DNA of 64,000 bases from an uncultured archaeon (lineage in GTDB: Archaea; Aenigmatarchaeota; Aenigmatarchaeia; PWEA01; JAGHBM01): assembly GCA_964584335.1 (NCBI GenBank), contig CAZOZN010000003.1:54929-118928 (forward strand). Direction: 5' to 3'. Below, piece by piece: positions 38,976-47,186 of this stretch (position 1 is the stretch's first letter; the number at the start of each line of letters is the position of its first letter). The notes under the pieces were generated by a model that was not told the origin of the DNA, searched no databases, and saw nothing but the letters and a program-made list of their open reading frames with translations. The position numbers were made by a program, and so were the translations under genes.

Positions 38976-39088
38976 AATATTAATAGTCCAACTCAATTTA
39001 AAAAGATTAGAAATCAAAGAAATTTACCACTTTTCAATTATTATATTTTGCTGTATACATTTCTTTATAAGTAACTTTTTTTAATTCT

Positions 39089-39198
39089 TTTATACAACTA
39101 CAGTACCGCATTCAGTGATTTACATGACAGAAATTCTATATTCGTTTGGTAATATTCGGTAGGTTTCGTTATATTCTCGAATGCGCCTGTTGTATAAA
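39089..39198 (+). other. Long imperfect inverted repeat (candidate structured leader RNA) upstream of nrdD
   Basis: TATACA..ACAG..CGCATTC pairs with GAATGCG..CTGT.TGTATA, enclosing ATGAC-GAAATTCTA / TAGGTTTC-GTTAT. Confidence 0.4.
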
Positions 39199-39212
39199 GA
39201 GATGTGTTATTA

Positions 39213-41234
39213 ATGTTTGTTGGTATCAAAAAACGTGACGGCAGGATAGTAAAATTTAATTCTAAAAAAATAACAGATGCTATTGCAAAGGCCGGCGAAG
39301 CTACCGGAGAATTTGACAGAGAAGTCGCAGAAAAGCTTACAATGAAAGTGATGTCTCTTGTACAGCAAGTTTTTGATAATGAGATGCCCACGGTAGAGAA
39401 AATACAGGATTTGGTTGAAGAGGTTTTGCTTTCTTCCACATACAGAAAGACCGCAAAATCATATATAATTTACAGGGAACAGCATGCCAGAATGAGAGAG
39501 ATAACCAACAAGGCTCATGTTGAACTGATAGACCAGTATCTTAAAAAAATGGACTGGCAGGTAAACGAGAACAGTAACATGACTTTTTCTCTTCAGGGTC
39601 TTAACAATTATATTTCTTCTGAGATAAGCAAAATTTATTGGCTTAATGAGATATATCCTGCTGAAATAAAGAATGCAGCACAACAGGAGGATTTTCATAT
39701 ACATGACCTTAATCTGCTCTCAGTTTATTGTGTTGGATGGGATCTTTATGATTTGCTTGCCGAGGGATTTAGGGGAGTTAGTGGTAAAGTAGAAAGCAGC
39801 CCCGCTAAGCATTTTAGGAGTGCTTTGGGTCAGGTAGTAAACTTTTTTTACACTTTACAGGGCGAGGCAGCGGGTGCACAGGCATTTTCGAATTTTGATA
39901 CACTTCTCGCACCTTTTATTAGATATGACGGTCTTGAGTATAAGCAAGTAAAGCAGGCTCTTCAGGAGTTTATATTTAACATAAACGTGCCTACCAGGGT
40001 AGGCTTTCAAACCCCATTTACTAACATAACACTGGACCTAAAACCTCCTAGCTATTATGCGGACCAAAGCGTCATAATAGGAGGCAAGCCAAAGGACAAA
40101 AATTATAGCGATTTTCAGGAAGAAATGAATATGCTAAACATGGCTTTGTTTGAAGTTATGAGCGAGGGTGACGCAAAGGGCAGGGTTTTTACTTTCCCCA
40201 TACCCACATACAATATAACAAAAGATTTTAACTGGGATGATGAAAAGCTTGATGGTTTGTGGGAAATGTCGGCAAAGTACGGTATACCGTATTTTTCAAA
40301 TTTTGTTAATTCGGACATGAGTCCTGAAGATGCCAGAAGCATGTGCTGCAGACTTCGTCTTGACAAGAGAGAACTTGAGAAGAGAGGAGGCGGACTCTTC
40401 GGCTCTAATCCTCTGACAGGTTCTATAGGAGTTGTTACTATAAACATGCCCAGAATAGGGTATTTGTCTAAAAACGAGAAAGAATTTTTTGAAAGGCTTG
40501 AGAATCTAATGAAATTGGCTAAGAACAGCCTTGAGATAAAAAGAAAGGTTCTAGAGAACTTCACAGAAAAAAACCTTTATCCCTATTCAAGATTTTATCT
40601 CAGGAACGTAAAGAAAAAATTTGGAGAATATTGGAAAAATCATTTCTCTACTATAGGTCTTGTTGGTGTTAACGAGGCTTGCCTAAATCTTTTAGGTGTT
40701 GGAATATCTAAAGACAAGGGCAGGGATTTTGCATCTAGAGTTCTTGAGTTTATGAGGGAAGTTTTGGTAAAATTCCAGGAGGAAACTGGTAACAATTACA
40801 ATCTAGAAGCTACTCCAGCAGAAGGTACTTCTTACAGGTTAGCAAGGGTTGACAAAGAGAAGTACCCCGATATAATATGTGCTAACGAAGAAGAATACAA
40901 AAAGGGCGGTGAACCATTTTATACGAACTCTACACAGTTACCTGTTAACTACACTGAAGACATATTTGAGGCACTCGATTTACAAGACAGTTTGCAGTCA
41001 AAATACACCGGAGGCACAGTTCTTCATATATTTCTTGGTGAGAGAATAGACGAATCTAAAAATCTTAAGAACATGGTAAGAAAAATATGCGATAATTACC
41101 ATCTACCGTATTTTACCTTCACACCAACTTTCAGCATATGTCCCATTCATGGTTATATAAAGGGAGAACATAAGTACTGTCCCAAATGTGACAAGGAAAT
41201 TGGATACGAAGTTGAAGAGATTAAAAATATTTAG
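39213..41234 (+). CDS. nrdD: Class III anaerobic ribonucleoside-triphosphate reductase, large subunit, lacking the C-terminal glycyl-radical loop
   Basis: ATP cone (KKRDGR...), FHIHDL, YCVGW, SMCCRL, EATPAEG, GGTVLH, CPIHG..CPKC; no RxxGY motif. Confidence 0.93.
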   Translation: MFVGIKKRDGRIVKFNSKKITDAIAKAGEATGEFDREVAEKLTMKVMSLVQQVFDNEMPTVEKIQDLVEEVLLSSTYRKTAKSYIIYREQHARMREITNKAHVELIDQYLKKMDWQVNENSNMTFSLQGLNNYISSEISKIYWLNEIYPAEIKNAAQQEDFHIHDLNLLSVYCVGWDLYDLLAEGFRGVSGKVESSPAKHFRSALGQVVNFFYTLQGEAAGAQAFSNFDTLLAPFIRYDGLEYKQVKQALQEFIFNINVPTRVGFQTPFTNITLDLKPPSYYADQSVIIGGKPKDKNYSDFQEEMNMLNMALFEVMSEGDAKGRVFTFPIPTYNITKDFNWDDEKLDGLWEMSAKYGIPYFSNFVNSDMSPEDARSMCCRLRLDKRELEKRGGGLFGSNPLTGSIGVVTINMPRIGYLSKNEKEFFERLENLMKLAKNSLEIKRKVLENFTEKNLYPYSRFYLRNVKKKFGEYWKNHFSTIGLVGVNEACLNLLGVGISKDKGRDFASRVLEFMREVLVKFQEETGNNYNLEATPAEGTSYRLARVDKEKYPDIICANEEEYKKGGEPFYTNSTQLPVNYTEDIFEALDLQDSLQSKYTGGTVLHIFLGERIDESKNLKNMVRKICDNYHLPYFTFTPTFSICPIHGYIKGEHKYCPKCDKEIGYEVEEIKNI

Positions 41235-41244
41235 AGGTGAAAAA

Positions 41245-41382
41245 ATGAAAGAAGGAATAAAAAGAGGCAGGACAGAATGTGAAATATACTCGCGTTCTGT
41301 GGGATACCTTCGTCCGGTGAACCAGTGGAACAAAGGAAAGAGAGAGGAGTTTAAAGAAAGAAAAAATTTCAGGGCGAGTTAA
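41245..41382 (+). CDS. Stand-alone NrdD glycyl-radical peptide (45 aa)
   Basis: MKEGIKRGRTECEIYSRSVGYLRPVNQWNKGKREEFKERK; own GAGGTGA RBS at 41234-41240. Confidence 0.88.
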   Translation: MKEGIKRGRTECEIYSRSVGYLRPVNQWNKGKREEFKERKNFRAS

Positions 41383-42068
41383 TGAAAGTAGGTGGTTTTC
41401 AAAAGTTCTCTTTGATAGACTACCCCGGAAAGATTTGCTGTATTGTTTTTACTCAGGGTTGCAACTTTCGTTGCCCCTATTGTCATAATCCAGAATTGAT
41501 TAATTTTAAGGAAAAAAGTTTAATAGATGATAATAAAATATTTAGTTTTTTGGAAAAGAGAAAGGGAAAGCTTGATGCTGTATGTATAACCGGAGGTGAA
41601 CCCACTTTACAACCCGATTTGATAAATTTCATCAATAAAATAAAGGATATGGGTTATCTTGTTAAAATTGATTCTAACGGAACATCTCCTAAAACTTTGG
41701 AAAAGATTATTAATATGGGAATTGTTGATTATTTCGCAATGGATTTTAAGTCACCTATAAAAAAGTATCATAATGTTGTAAATTCTTCTGTTGACAAAGA
41801 GGATATAATAAAAAGCATGAATGTTATAATGAGTTCTGGTGTTGACTATGAGTTCAGGACTACTGTAGTAAAATCTCAGCTTTCTAAGAAAGATTTGATT
41901 GAAATATCGAAAACCATAAAAGGTGCAAAATTGTATGTTTTGCAGAAATTTGTTCCATCACAAACTCTTGACCCTTCTTTCTCAAAAAAGAAAACTTATA
42001 CTGATTCTGAGTTTAAAGAATTGAGGAAAGAAATCAAAAATTACGTAGAAAGATGTATAGTTCGATGA
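41382..42068 (+). CDS. nrdG: Anaerobic RNR activating radical-SAM enzyme
   Basis: SLIDYPGK, GCNFRCPYCHNP, ITGGEPT, YEFRTT. Confidence 0.93.
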   Translation: MKVGGFQKFSLIDYPGKICCIVFTQGCNFRCPYCHNPELINFKEKSLIDDNKIFSFLEKRKGKLDAVCITGGEPTLQPDLINFINKIKDMGYLVKIDSNGTSPKTLEKIINMGIVDYFAMDFKSPIKKYHNVVNSSVDKEDIIKSMNVIMSSGVDYEFRTTVVKSQLSKKDLIEISKTIKGAKLYVLQKFVPSQTLDPSFSKKKTYTDSEFKELRKEIKNYVERCIVR

Positions 42069-42098
42069 TTTTACCGACCATTAGCTTTAAATAGTATT

Positions 42099-42140
42099 AT
42101 GAATATATATTCAATACATGTAATGAATAAGTATTCATTA
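42099..42140. promoter_or_regulatory. Tandem palindromic operator ATGAATA-N2-TATTCA(A/T)
   Basis: ATGAATATATATTCAA (42099-42114) and TAATGAATAAGTATTCATTA (42121-42140) directly downstream of TTTAAATA. Confidence 0.6.
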
Positions 42141-42165
42141 AACTTTTAGAAAAGTTTAATCAAAA
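42137..42165. repeat. Free-standing AAACTTTT-N-AAAAGTTT hairpin followed by CAAAA
   Basis: Perfect 11-bp inverted repeat ATTAAACTTTT-AG-AAAAGTTTAAT plus CAAAA; resembles 50837-50866 and the tRNA 59/60 introns. Confidence 0.6.
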
Positions 42166-42194
42166 TCTAAAAAACAAAAAAGAGGTGATTTTAT

Positions 42195-42479
42195 ATGCCA
42201 AGAGGAGATGGAACAGGACCTAATGGAATGGGACCCAGGACCGGAAGAGGCCTTGGATACTGTAATGGATATGATAACCCTGGGTTTAATAAAGGAATGC
42301 CCAGAGGTGGTGCAGGATTTGGCAGAGGTTTCAGAGCAAGAAGATTCTGGAATGAGCCAACATATCCCCAGAGAATTACAAAAGAAGAAGAAAAAAGAAT
42401 GCTAGAAGACGAGAAGAAATACATAGAAAATGAACTTAATGATATAAAGAAAAGACTTGATGAAATCAAAAAAGAATAA
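42195..42479 (+). CDS. DUF5320-family Gly/Arg-rich protein
   Basis: MPRGDGTGPNGMGPRTGRGLGYC; C-terminal coiled coil. Confidence 0.88.
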   Translation: MPRGDGTGPNGMGPRTGRGLGYCNGYDNPGFNKGMPRGGAGFGRGFRARRFWNEPTYPQRITKEEEKRMLEDEKKYIENELNDIKKRLDEIKKE

Positions 42480-42496
42480 TTTGGAGGTGATTTTAT

Positions 42497-42730
42497 ATGC
42501 CAAGAGGAGATAGAAAAGGTCCTGATGGTTTGGGACCAAAAACAGGCAGGTCACTTGGTTTTTGCTCTGGTGAAGATACTCCAGGATACGTAAGCAATCT
42601 TCCCGGAATGGGAATGGGAAGAGGACCAAGAGACGGAAGAGGCCGAGGAAGAGGTTTCGGCAATTCCGAGTACAATCCCAGAGGAGAAAGAAGACCAAGA
42701 GACGGAAGAGGCCGAGGATACAGGGATTAA
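42497..42730 (+). CDS. DUF5320-family paralogue
   Basis: MPRGDRKGPDGLGPKTGRSLGFC; internal duplication encoding PRDGRGRG twice. Confidence 0.82.
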   Translation: MPRGDRKGPDGLGPKTGRSLGFCSGEDTPGYVSNLPGMGMGRGPRDGRGRGRGFGNSEYNPRGERRPRDGRGRGYRD

Positions 42731-42731
42731 A

Positions 42732-43154
42732 ATGGACGAAAAATTAAGAAAAAGCATAAAGAAATCAGCCAAGTCTCTTTGGAACACAATTCCAGTGTTG
42801 GCCGGAGTTGTTTTATTTGTTAGTCTGGCCAATGCTGTTATACCTAAATCATCATATTCAATAATATTCACGGGAAACATTATTTCAGATTCTTTCATTG
42901 GCGGAGCTCTGGGCAGCATACTTGCGGGCAACCCCGTTACGAGTTACGTTCTCGGAGGAGAATTCCTTAACCAGGGTGTCAGCCTGATTGCGGTAACAGC
43001 CTTTCTGGTTTCATGGGTTACTGTTGGTTTTGTCCAGCTTCCGGCGGAATCTCTTTTGCTTGGAAAAAAGTTTTCAATTCTAAGAAATTTGACAAGTTTC
43101 ATATTTTCAATAATTGTCGCAATAATAACGGTTTTTGTGGTGGGGTTAATATGA
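42732..43154 (+). CDS. Predicted permease (DUF318/ArsP-like), subunit 1
   Basis: GSILAGNPVTSYVLGGE, FLVSWVTVGFVQLPAE. Confidence 0.8.
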   Translation: MDEKLRKSIKKSAKSLWNTIPVLAGVVLFVSLANAVIPKSSYSIIFTGNIISDSFIGGALGSILAGNPVTSYVLGGEFLNQGVSLIAVTAFLVSWVTVGFVQLPAESLLLGKKFSILRNLTSFIFSIIVAIITVFVVGLI

Positions 43155-43660
43155 AAAAAGAAAAAAGTTACACGTCCTGGTGCTTTTTGGCAATTGTTTT
43201 AGTTTTGTATGCAGGATACTGGTTTTTCAGTCCTGCTAATGTCATGAGCGCATTGAATTTTGGTTTCGGTATATTGAAGAACATAATCCCCGTTTTTGTT
43301 TTGATATTTGTTTTGATGGTTGCTATCAATTATTGGATGGACCCAAAAAAAGTAACTAAACATTTGGGGAGTTCTTCAGGATACAAAAGATGGTTTTTTG
43401 CTGTTTTAGGAGGAATACTTTCTACCGGACCCATATATATGTGGTATCCAATTCTGAAGGAACTCAAGAAGAAAGGAGTTAATTACGGTTTTGTTGCAAC
43501 GTTCCTTTACAACCGGGCCATAAAACCGCCTCTCTTGCCTCTGATAATATATTACTTTGGTCTCAAGTTTACTATAGTTCTTACTGTTGTAATGATGATT
43601 TTCTCGGTTTTGCAGGGAATTATTTTTGAAAAAATTGATGAAAGGGGTGTTTTAAAATGA
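43151..43660 (+). CDS. Predicted permease (DUF318/ArsP-like), subunit 2
   Basis: GILSTGPIYMWYPILKEL, FLYNRAIKPPLLP; ATG at 43151 overlaps the upstream stop. Confidence 0.8.
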   Translation: MKKEKSYTSWCFLAIVLVLYAGYWFFSPANVMSALNFGFGILKNIIPVFVLIFVLMVAINYWMDPKKVTKHLGSSSGYKRWFFAVLGGILSTGPIYMWYPILKELKKKGVNYGFVATFLYNRAIKPPLLPLIIYYFGLKFTIVLTVVMMIFSVLQGIIFEKIDERGVLK

Positions 43661-43775
43661 AAAACAACAAAACAAGTTTTGAATTTTTCACTTTTTATGG
43701 AGGTGTTTTAAAATGAAAAACAACAAAACAAGTTTTGAATTTTTCAATTCTTATAGGGGTGTTTTAAAATGAAAA
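43646..43775 (+). repeat. 56-bp tandem repeat (about 2.3 units), each full unit encoding an ATGA-coupled 19-aa mini-ORF
   Basis: GGTGTTTTAAAATGAAAA three times at 56-nt period; ORFs 43657-43716 MKNNKTSFEFFTFYGGVLK and 43713-43772 MKNNKTSFEFFNSYRGVLK. Confidence 0.85.
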
Positions 43776-44071
43776 TAGCAATTTCGTCTAAAGGCAAAGA
43801 CGAGGATTCTGAAGTAAGCAAGGTTAGCGGTAGAGCTCCTTATTACTTGATTTTTGAAGATTGTAATTTGGTGAAATCAATCAAAAATCCTTTCAGGATA
43901 GGCGGTGGCGGTGCTGGTTTTAGTGTTGTAGAAATGCTTGCAGAAGAAAACGTAGGTTTGGTTTTAAGTGGAAATTTTGGTCATAACATGAAAAAGGCTC
44001 TTGATGATAAGGGAATATCTTATAAGGAGATTTCATGTATTAAAATAAGGGAAGCTTTAATGGAGGTTTAA
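43769..44071 (+). CDS. NifB/NifX-family Fe-Mo cluster-binding protein
   Basis: MKIAISS...GRAPYYLI...GGGGAG...GNFG. Confidence 0.85.
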   Translation: MKIAISSKGKDEDSEVSKVSGRAPYYLIFEDCNLVKSIKNPFRIGGGGAGFSVVEMLAEENVGLVLSGNFGHNMKKALDDKGISYKEISCIKIREALMEV

Positions 44072-44073
44072 TA

Positions 44074-44433
44074 ATGAAAGTTGCGATTCCTACAAAGGGA
44101 GATGGCGGTTTGGATAGTGTTGTGGGTGAACATTTTGGCAGGGTACCAAATTACACTATAGTTGATATGGGAGAAAAAAAGATTTGCGTAGTTTCTAATA
44201 CAAGTTCTCACAAAGGCGGTAAGGGATATCCTCCAGAGATAATGAAAGAAAATGATGTAGATGTTATGATATGTAGGGATATTGGCAGTCGTGCCGTATC
44301 TATTTTTAAAGAAATGGGTATAAAGGTTTTTATAGGAGCCAAAGGAACTGCAAAGAATGCTTTAGATGATTTTAAAGAAGGTAGATTAAAATCTGCAGAC
44401 ACAGAACATGTTTGCAGGGGACACATGAGTTGA
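44074..44433 (+). CDS. NifB/NifX-family Fe-Mo cluster-binding protein
   Basis: MKVAIPT...HFGRVPNYTIVD...IGSRA...GIKVF. Confidence 0.88.
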   Translation: MKVAIPTKGDGGLDSVVGEHFGRVPNYTIVDMGEKKICVVSNTSSHKGGKGYPPEIMKENDVDVMICRDIGSRAVSIFKEMGIKVFIGAKGTAKNALDDFKEGRLKSADTEHVCRGHMS

Positions 44434-44437
44434 TTAT

Positions 44438-44890
44438 ATGCCGAGACCTAAAAGGATGAGAAGAATAGCTGGTATGCCTGGATTCACGCATTTTGCTCCC
44501 CGTGGTTTTAGAGCAAAAGAGGAAGTGATTCTCACAGTTGGTGAGTACGAGGCAATAAGGCTCAAAGACCATGAAGGTTTGGGTCAGAAAGATGCTGCCA
44601 AAAAGATGAGTGTTTCCCAACCTACTTTTAATCGCATACTTAAATCTGCCAGAGAGAAGCTTGCTGAGTTTCTTGTTGAAGGCAGGATTATAAGAATAGA
44701 AGGGGGTGATTATAAAATGATTAGGCCAAGAAGAGGTGCTGGTCCCGGTAGAGGAAGAATGGGTGGAATTGGTGCAGGACCTATTGGAGAATGTATATGT
44801 CCTAAATGTGGTCATAAATCTCCTCATAGACCAGGTTTGCCGTGTTATGAACAAAAATGTCCAAAGTGCGGAGAAATGATGACAAGATAA
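44438..44890 (+). CDS. DUF134 HTH protein with C-terminal Zn ribbon
   Basis: MPRPKRMRRI, EYEAIRLKDHEGLGQKDAAKKMSVSQPTF; CICPKCG..CPKCG. Confidence 0.9.
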   Translation: MPRPKRMRRIAGMPGFTHFAPRGFRAKEEVILTVGEYEAIRLKDHEGLGQKDAAKKMSVSQPTFNRILKSAREKLAEFLVEGRIIRIEGGDYKMIRPRRGAGPGRGRMGGIGAGPIGECICPKCGHKSPHRPGLPCYEQKCPKCGEMMTR

Positions 44891-44917
44891 TAAGTTTTTA
44901 ATTTAGGTGGTATCTTT

Positions 44918-45310
44918 ATGAAAGATAGTGTTATTGTTAAAAATTTTCTAAATAAGAAAAATATATTTGCTGTTGTGGGCGCATCCAGAAATAAGGATAA
45001 GTACGGCTATAAAGTTTACATAGACCTTAGGAATTCTGGATACAACGTTTACCCTGTTAACCCCAACACAGAGGAAGTTATTGGTGATAAATGTTATCCT
45101 TCTCTGGACAGTCTTCCGGAAAAGCCCGATGTAGTTAGTTTTGTAGTACCTCCAAAAACTACTGAGAAAGTTCTTGTCGATTGCAAGAAACTTGGAATAA
45201 AAAAAGTTTGGTTACAGCCTGGCTCTGAATCAAAAAATGCAATAAATTTTTGCAGGCAAAATAATATAGAAATATTAAATAATTTATGTATAATGATAGA
45301 GAGTAAGTGA
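44918..45310 (+). CDS. CoA-binding protein (YccU-like)
   Basis: AVVGASRNKDKYG, VYPVNP, VWLQPG. Confidence 0.9.
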   Translation: MKDSVIVKNFLNKKNIFAVVGASRNKDKYGYKVYIDLRNSGYNVYPVNPNTEEVIGDKCYPSLDSLPEKPDVVSFVVPPKTTEKVLVDCKKLGIKKVWLQPGSESKNAINFCRQNNIEILNNLCIMIESK

Positions 45311-45315
45311 GTCTG

Positions 45316-45888
45316 ATGGATAGGGATAAAAAAATTAAAAAACTTATTGAGGAGGTTGAAAACTGTAAAAAGTGCAATCTCCATAAAAACAGAAAAAATG
45401 CCATAACTGGCGAGGGTTCTTTATCTGCTGATGTTCTTTTTATAGGGGAGGCTCCTGGTTATTGGGAAGATGTAAAAAAGAGACCTTTTGTTGGCAGGTC
45501 TGGAAAAGTTCTTGATAAATTGATTGAATCGGCTGGCCTAAAAAGAGAAGATGTTTACATAACAAACATACTGAAATGCAGGCCGCCTGAAAACAGAAAC
45601 CCAAAAGAAACTGAAATAAAAGAATGTTCTTCCTATCTTGACAGGCAGATTGCGATAATTAGACCTAAAGTAATAGCCACTTTGGGTAGTTTTTCTACTA
45701 ATCATATTTTCGATAAGTTTTGTCTTAAAAAGGAAAGGATAAGCGATGTTCACGGCAAAGTATTTGAGGCAAATACCATATTTGGAAATATAAAAATAAT
45801 ACCTCTTTACCATCCTGCTGTTGCCGTATATAACTCAGTTAGTATAGAGGAGCTAAAGAAGGATTTTAAGTCTCTAAATAATATCTAG
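45316..45888 (+). CDS. udg: Family 4 uracil-DNA glycosylase (Fe-S)
   Basis: CKKCNL, GEAPG, PFVGRSG, KCRPPENR, YHPA. Confidence 0.94.
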   Translation: MDRDKKIKKLIEEVENCKKCNLHKNRKNAITGEGSLSADVLFIGEAPGYWEDVKKRPFVGRSGKVLDKLIESAGLKREDVYITNILKCRPPENRNPKETEIKECSSYLDRQIAIIRPKVIATLGSFSTNHIFDKFCLKKERISDVHGKVFEANTIFGNIKIIPLYHPAVAVYNSVSIEELKKDFKSLNNI

Positions 45889-46329
45889 TATCTCTTTTCT
45901 AAGTTTTATGTTGTTTATTTTTCCTATTCTGTTCTTTTCGATTATGCCCCTTTCTTCAAATTTTTTTATTATTCTTGATACTTTTACCTTTGCAAGCCCG
46001 GTTTCTCTCACTATCTCTGCCTGTCCTAATTCCTTATTATCTATTAATTTTTTTAATACTTTCCTTTCATCACCTTCCACAAAATCAAGTAGAACGTTTT
46101 TATCTATTTTTTTATTCTCGAATCTTGGGGAAAACATGTAATATATAAGAGTTCCTATAAAAAGTCCTATTGATGCTATAAATGGTATGAAAATTGGTAT
46201 TGGTATGAAACATCCACAAGCATTTCCTGAGGATATTTCTGTCTGGACATAGAGTGAGCTTACCGCTACTACAAGTACGAATATGGATATAAGCATTATA
46301 CCTAGTACTATTTTTTTGGAATCATCCAT
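45874..46329 (-). CDS. Membrane-anchored winged-helix transcription regulator
   Basis: Two TM helices with a CGC loop; QAEIVRETGLAKVKVSRIIKKFEERGII. Confidence 0.8.
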   Translation of the reverse strand: MDDSKKIVLGIMLISIFVLVVAVSSLYVQTEISSGNACGCFIPIPIFIPFIASIGLFIGTLIYYMFSPRFENKKIDKNVLLDFVEGDERKVLKKLIDNKELGQAEIVRETGLAKVKVSRIIKKFEERGIIEKNRIGKINNIKLRKEILDII

Positions 46330-46382
46330 AGTTTCATATTATGAAACTTAAATATATATATAGTTTCATTTAAAGTGGTAGT

Positions 46383-47186
46383 ATGAAAATAAAAATTTTA
46401 ATAATAATGGCTTTCTTAATAGCCTTTATTCCATACGTTTCCGCTAGTAGTGTCTGTACTGTATATTTTACAGGAGTTGGATGTCCTCATTGTGCAAATT
46501 CTGACCCATTTTTGATGGAAGAGGTTACGAATTCGTATAAAGATTTTGTTATGATAGAATATGAGATATATCAACAAAGGGAAAATTCTGAAATACTTTT
46601 AAGTTATGATAAGAAATATGGAACAGGAATGGGTGTACCATTGATAATTTTTGACAGCGATACTTCATTTATTGGAGACAAACCCATATTAGAGAATACT
46701 GAAGAATCCATAAAATATACTAACGGTAGTGGTTGTCTGCTTCTAAACATTTCTTTACCTTTTGAAGAATTAAATCTAAATGAACTTCCAGGACTCCCTA
46801 AAATATGGTCTAACGGAAAGATTTTAATTAAGAAGTCAGAAGGTAAAATGGACGAAGAAAAAATGGAAATTGTAAAAGATTTAATGTTTTCTGATAATTT
46901 CCCGAGAGATATAGACAAATATTTGCTTAAAGAAGGCAGTTGTGATGAATATTTTGTAGATTCTTGCTTGGAAAAAGTTGAACCAGAAGCAGTTCCTCTT
47001 TCGGGCAAGTCAGTTTATTTTAGTGATGCTGTAAATATTGGAGGAAATTGGGTATTACAGTACAACACCGGAGAGTATAATCCTCCGGAAGAAGAGTCCT
47101 TCAATTACATTTACGTTATAATACCGATTTTGGTTGGCTTGTTGATAGGATTCGGATTGCCATTTTTAAAGAGAGGTGGTAAATAA
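46383..47186 (+). CDS. Exported thioredoxin-like protein
   Basis: Signal peptide, YFTGVGCPHC, GVP cis-Pro loop, C-terminal TM. Confidence 0.8.
   Translation: MKIKILIIMAFLIAFIPYVSASSVCTVYFTGVGCPHCANSDPFLMEEVTNSYKDFVMIEYEIYQQRENSEILLSYDKKYGTGMGVPLIIFDSDTSFIGDKPILENTEESIKYTNGSGCLLLNISLPFEELNLNELPGLPKIWSNGKILIKKSEGKMDEEKMEIVKDLMFSDNFPRDIDKYLLKEGSCDEYFVDSCLEKVEPEAVPLSGKSVYFSDAVNIGGNWVLQYNTGEYNPPEEESFNYIYVIIPILVGLLIGFGLPFLKRGGK

Noticed and set aside
20421-41234. Inteins in Cdc6, Hel308, SMC, ATP ligase or NrdD
   Set aside because: Protein lengths are normal or short, and no intein splice-junction or LAGLIDADG blocks were seen
41188-41244. Longer GTG-started version of the glycyl-radical ORF, or nrdD as a frameshifted pseudogene
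   Set aside because: A strong RBS precedes ATG 41245 and nrdG is intact, favouring a genuine split gene
42623-42718. 26-bp direct repeat GACCAAGAGACGGAAGAGGCCGAGGA
   Set aside because: Internal coding duplication of a PRDGRGRG low-complexity motif in a DUF5320 protein
43646-43775. Possible CRISPR array
   Set aside because: Units are near-identical along their whole length with no unique spacers, and no cas genes are present
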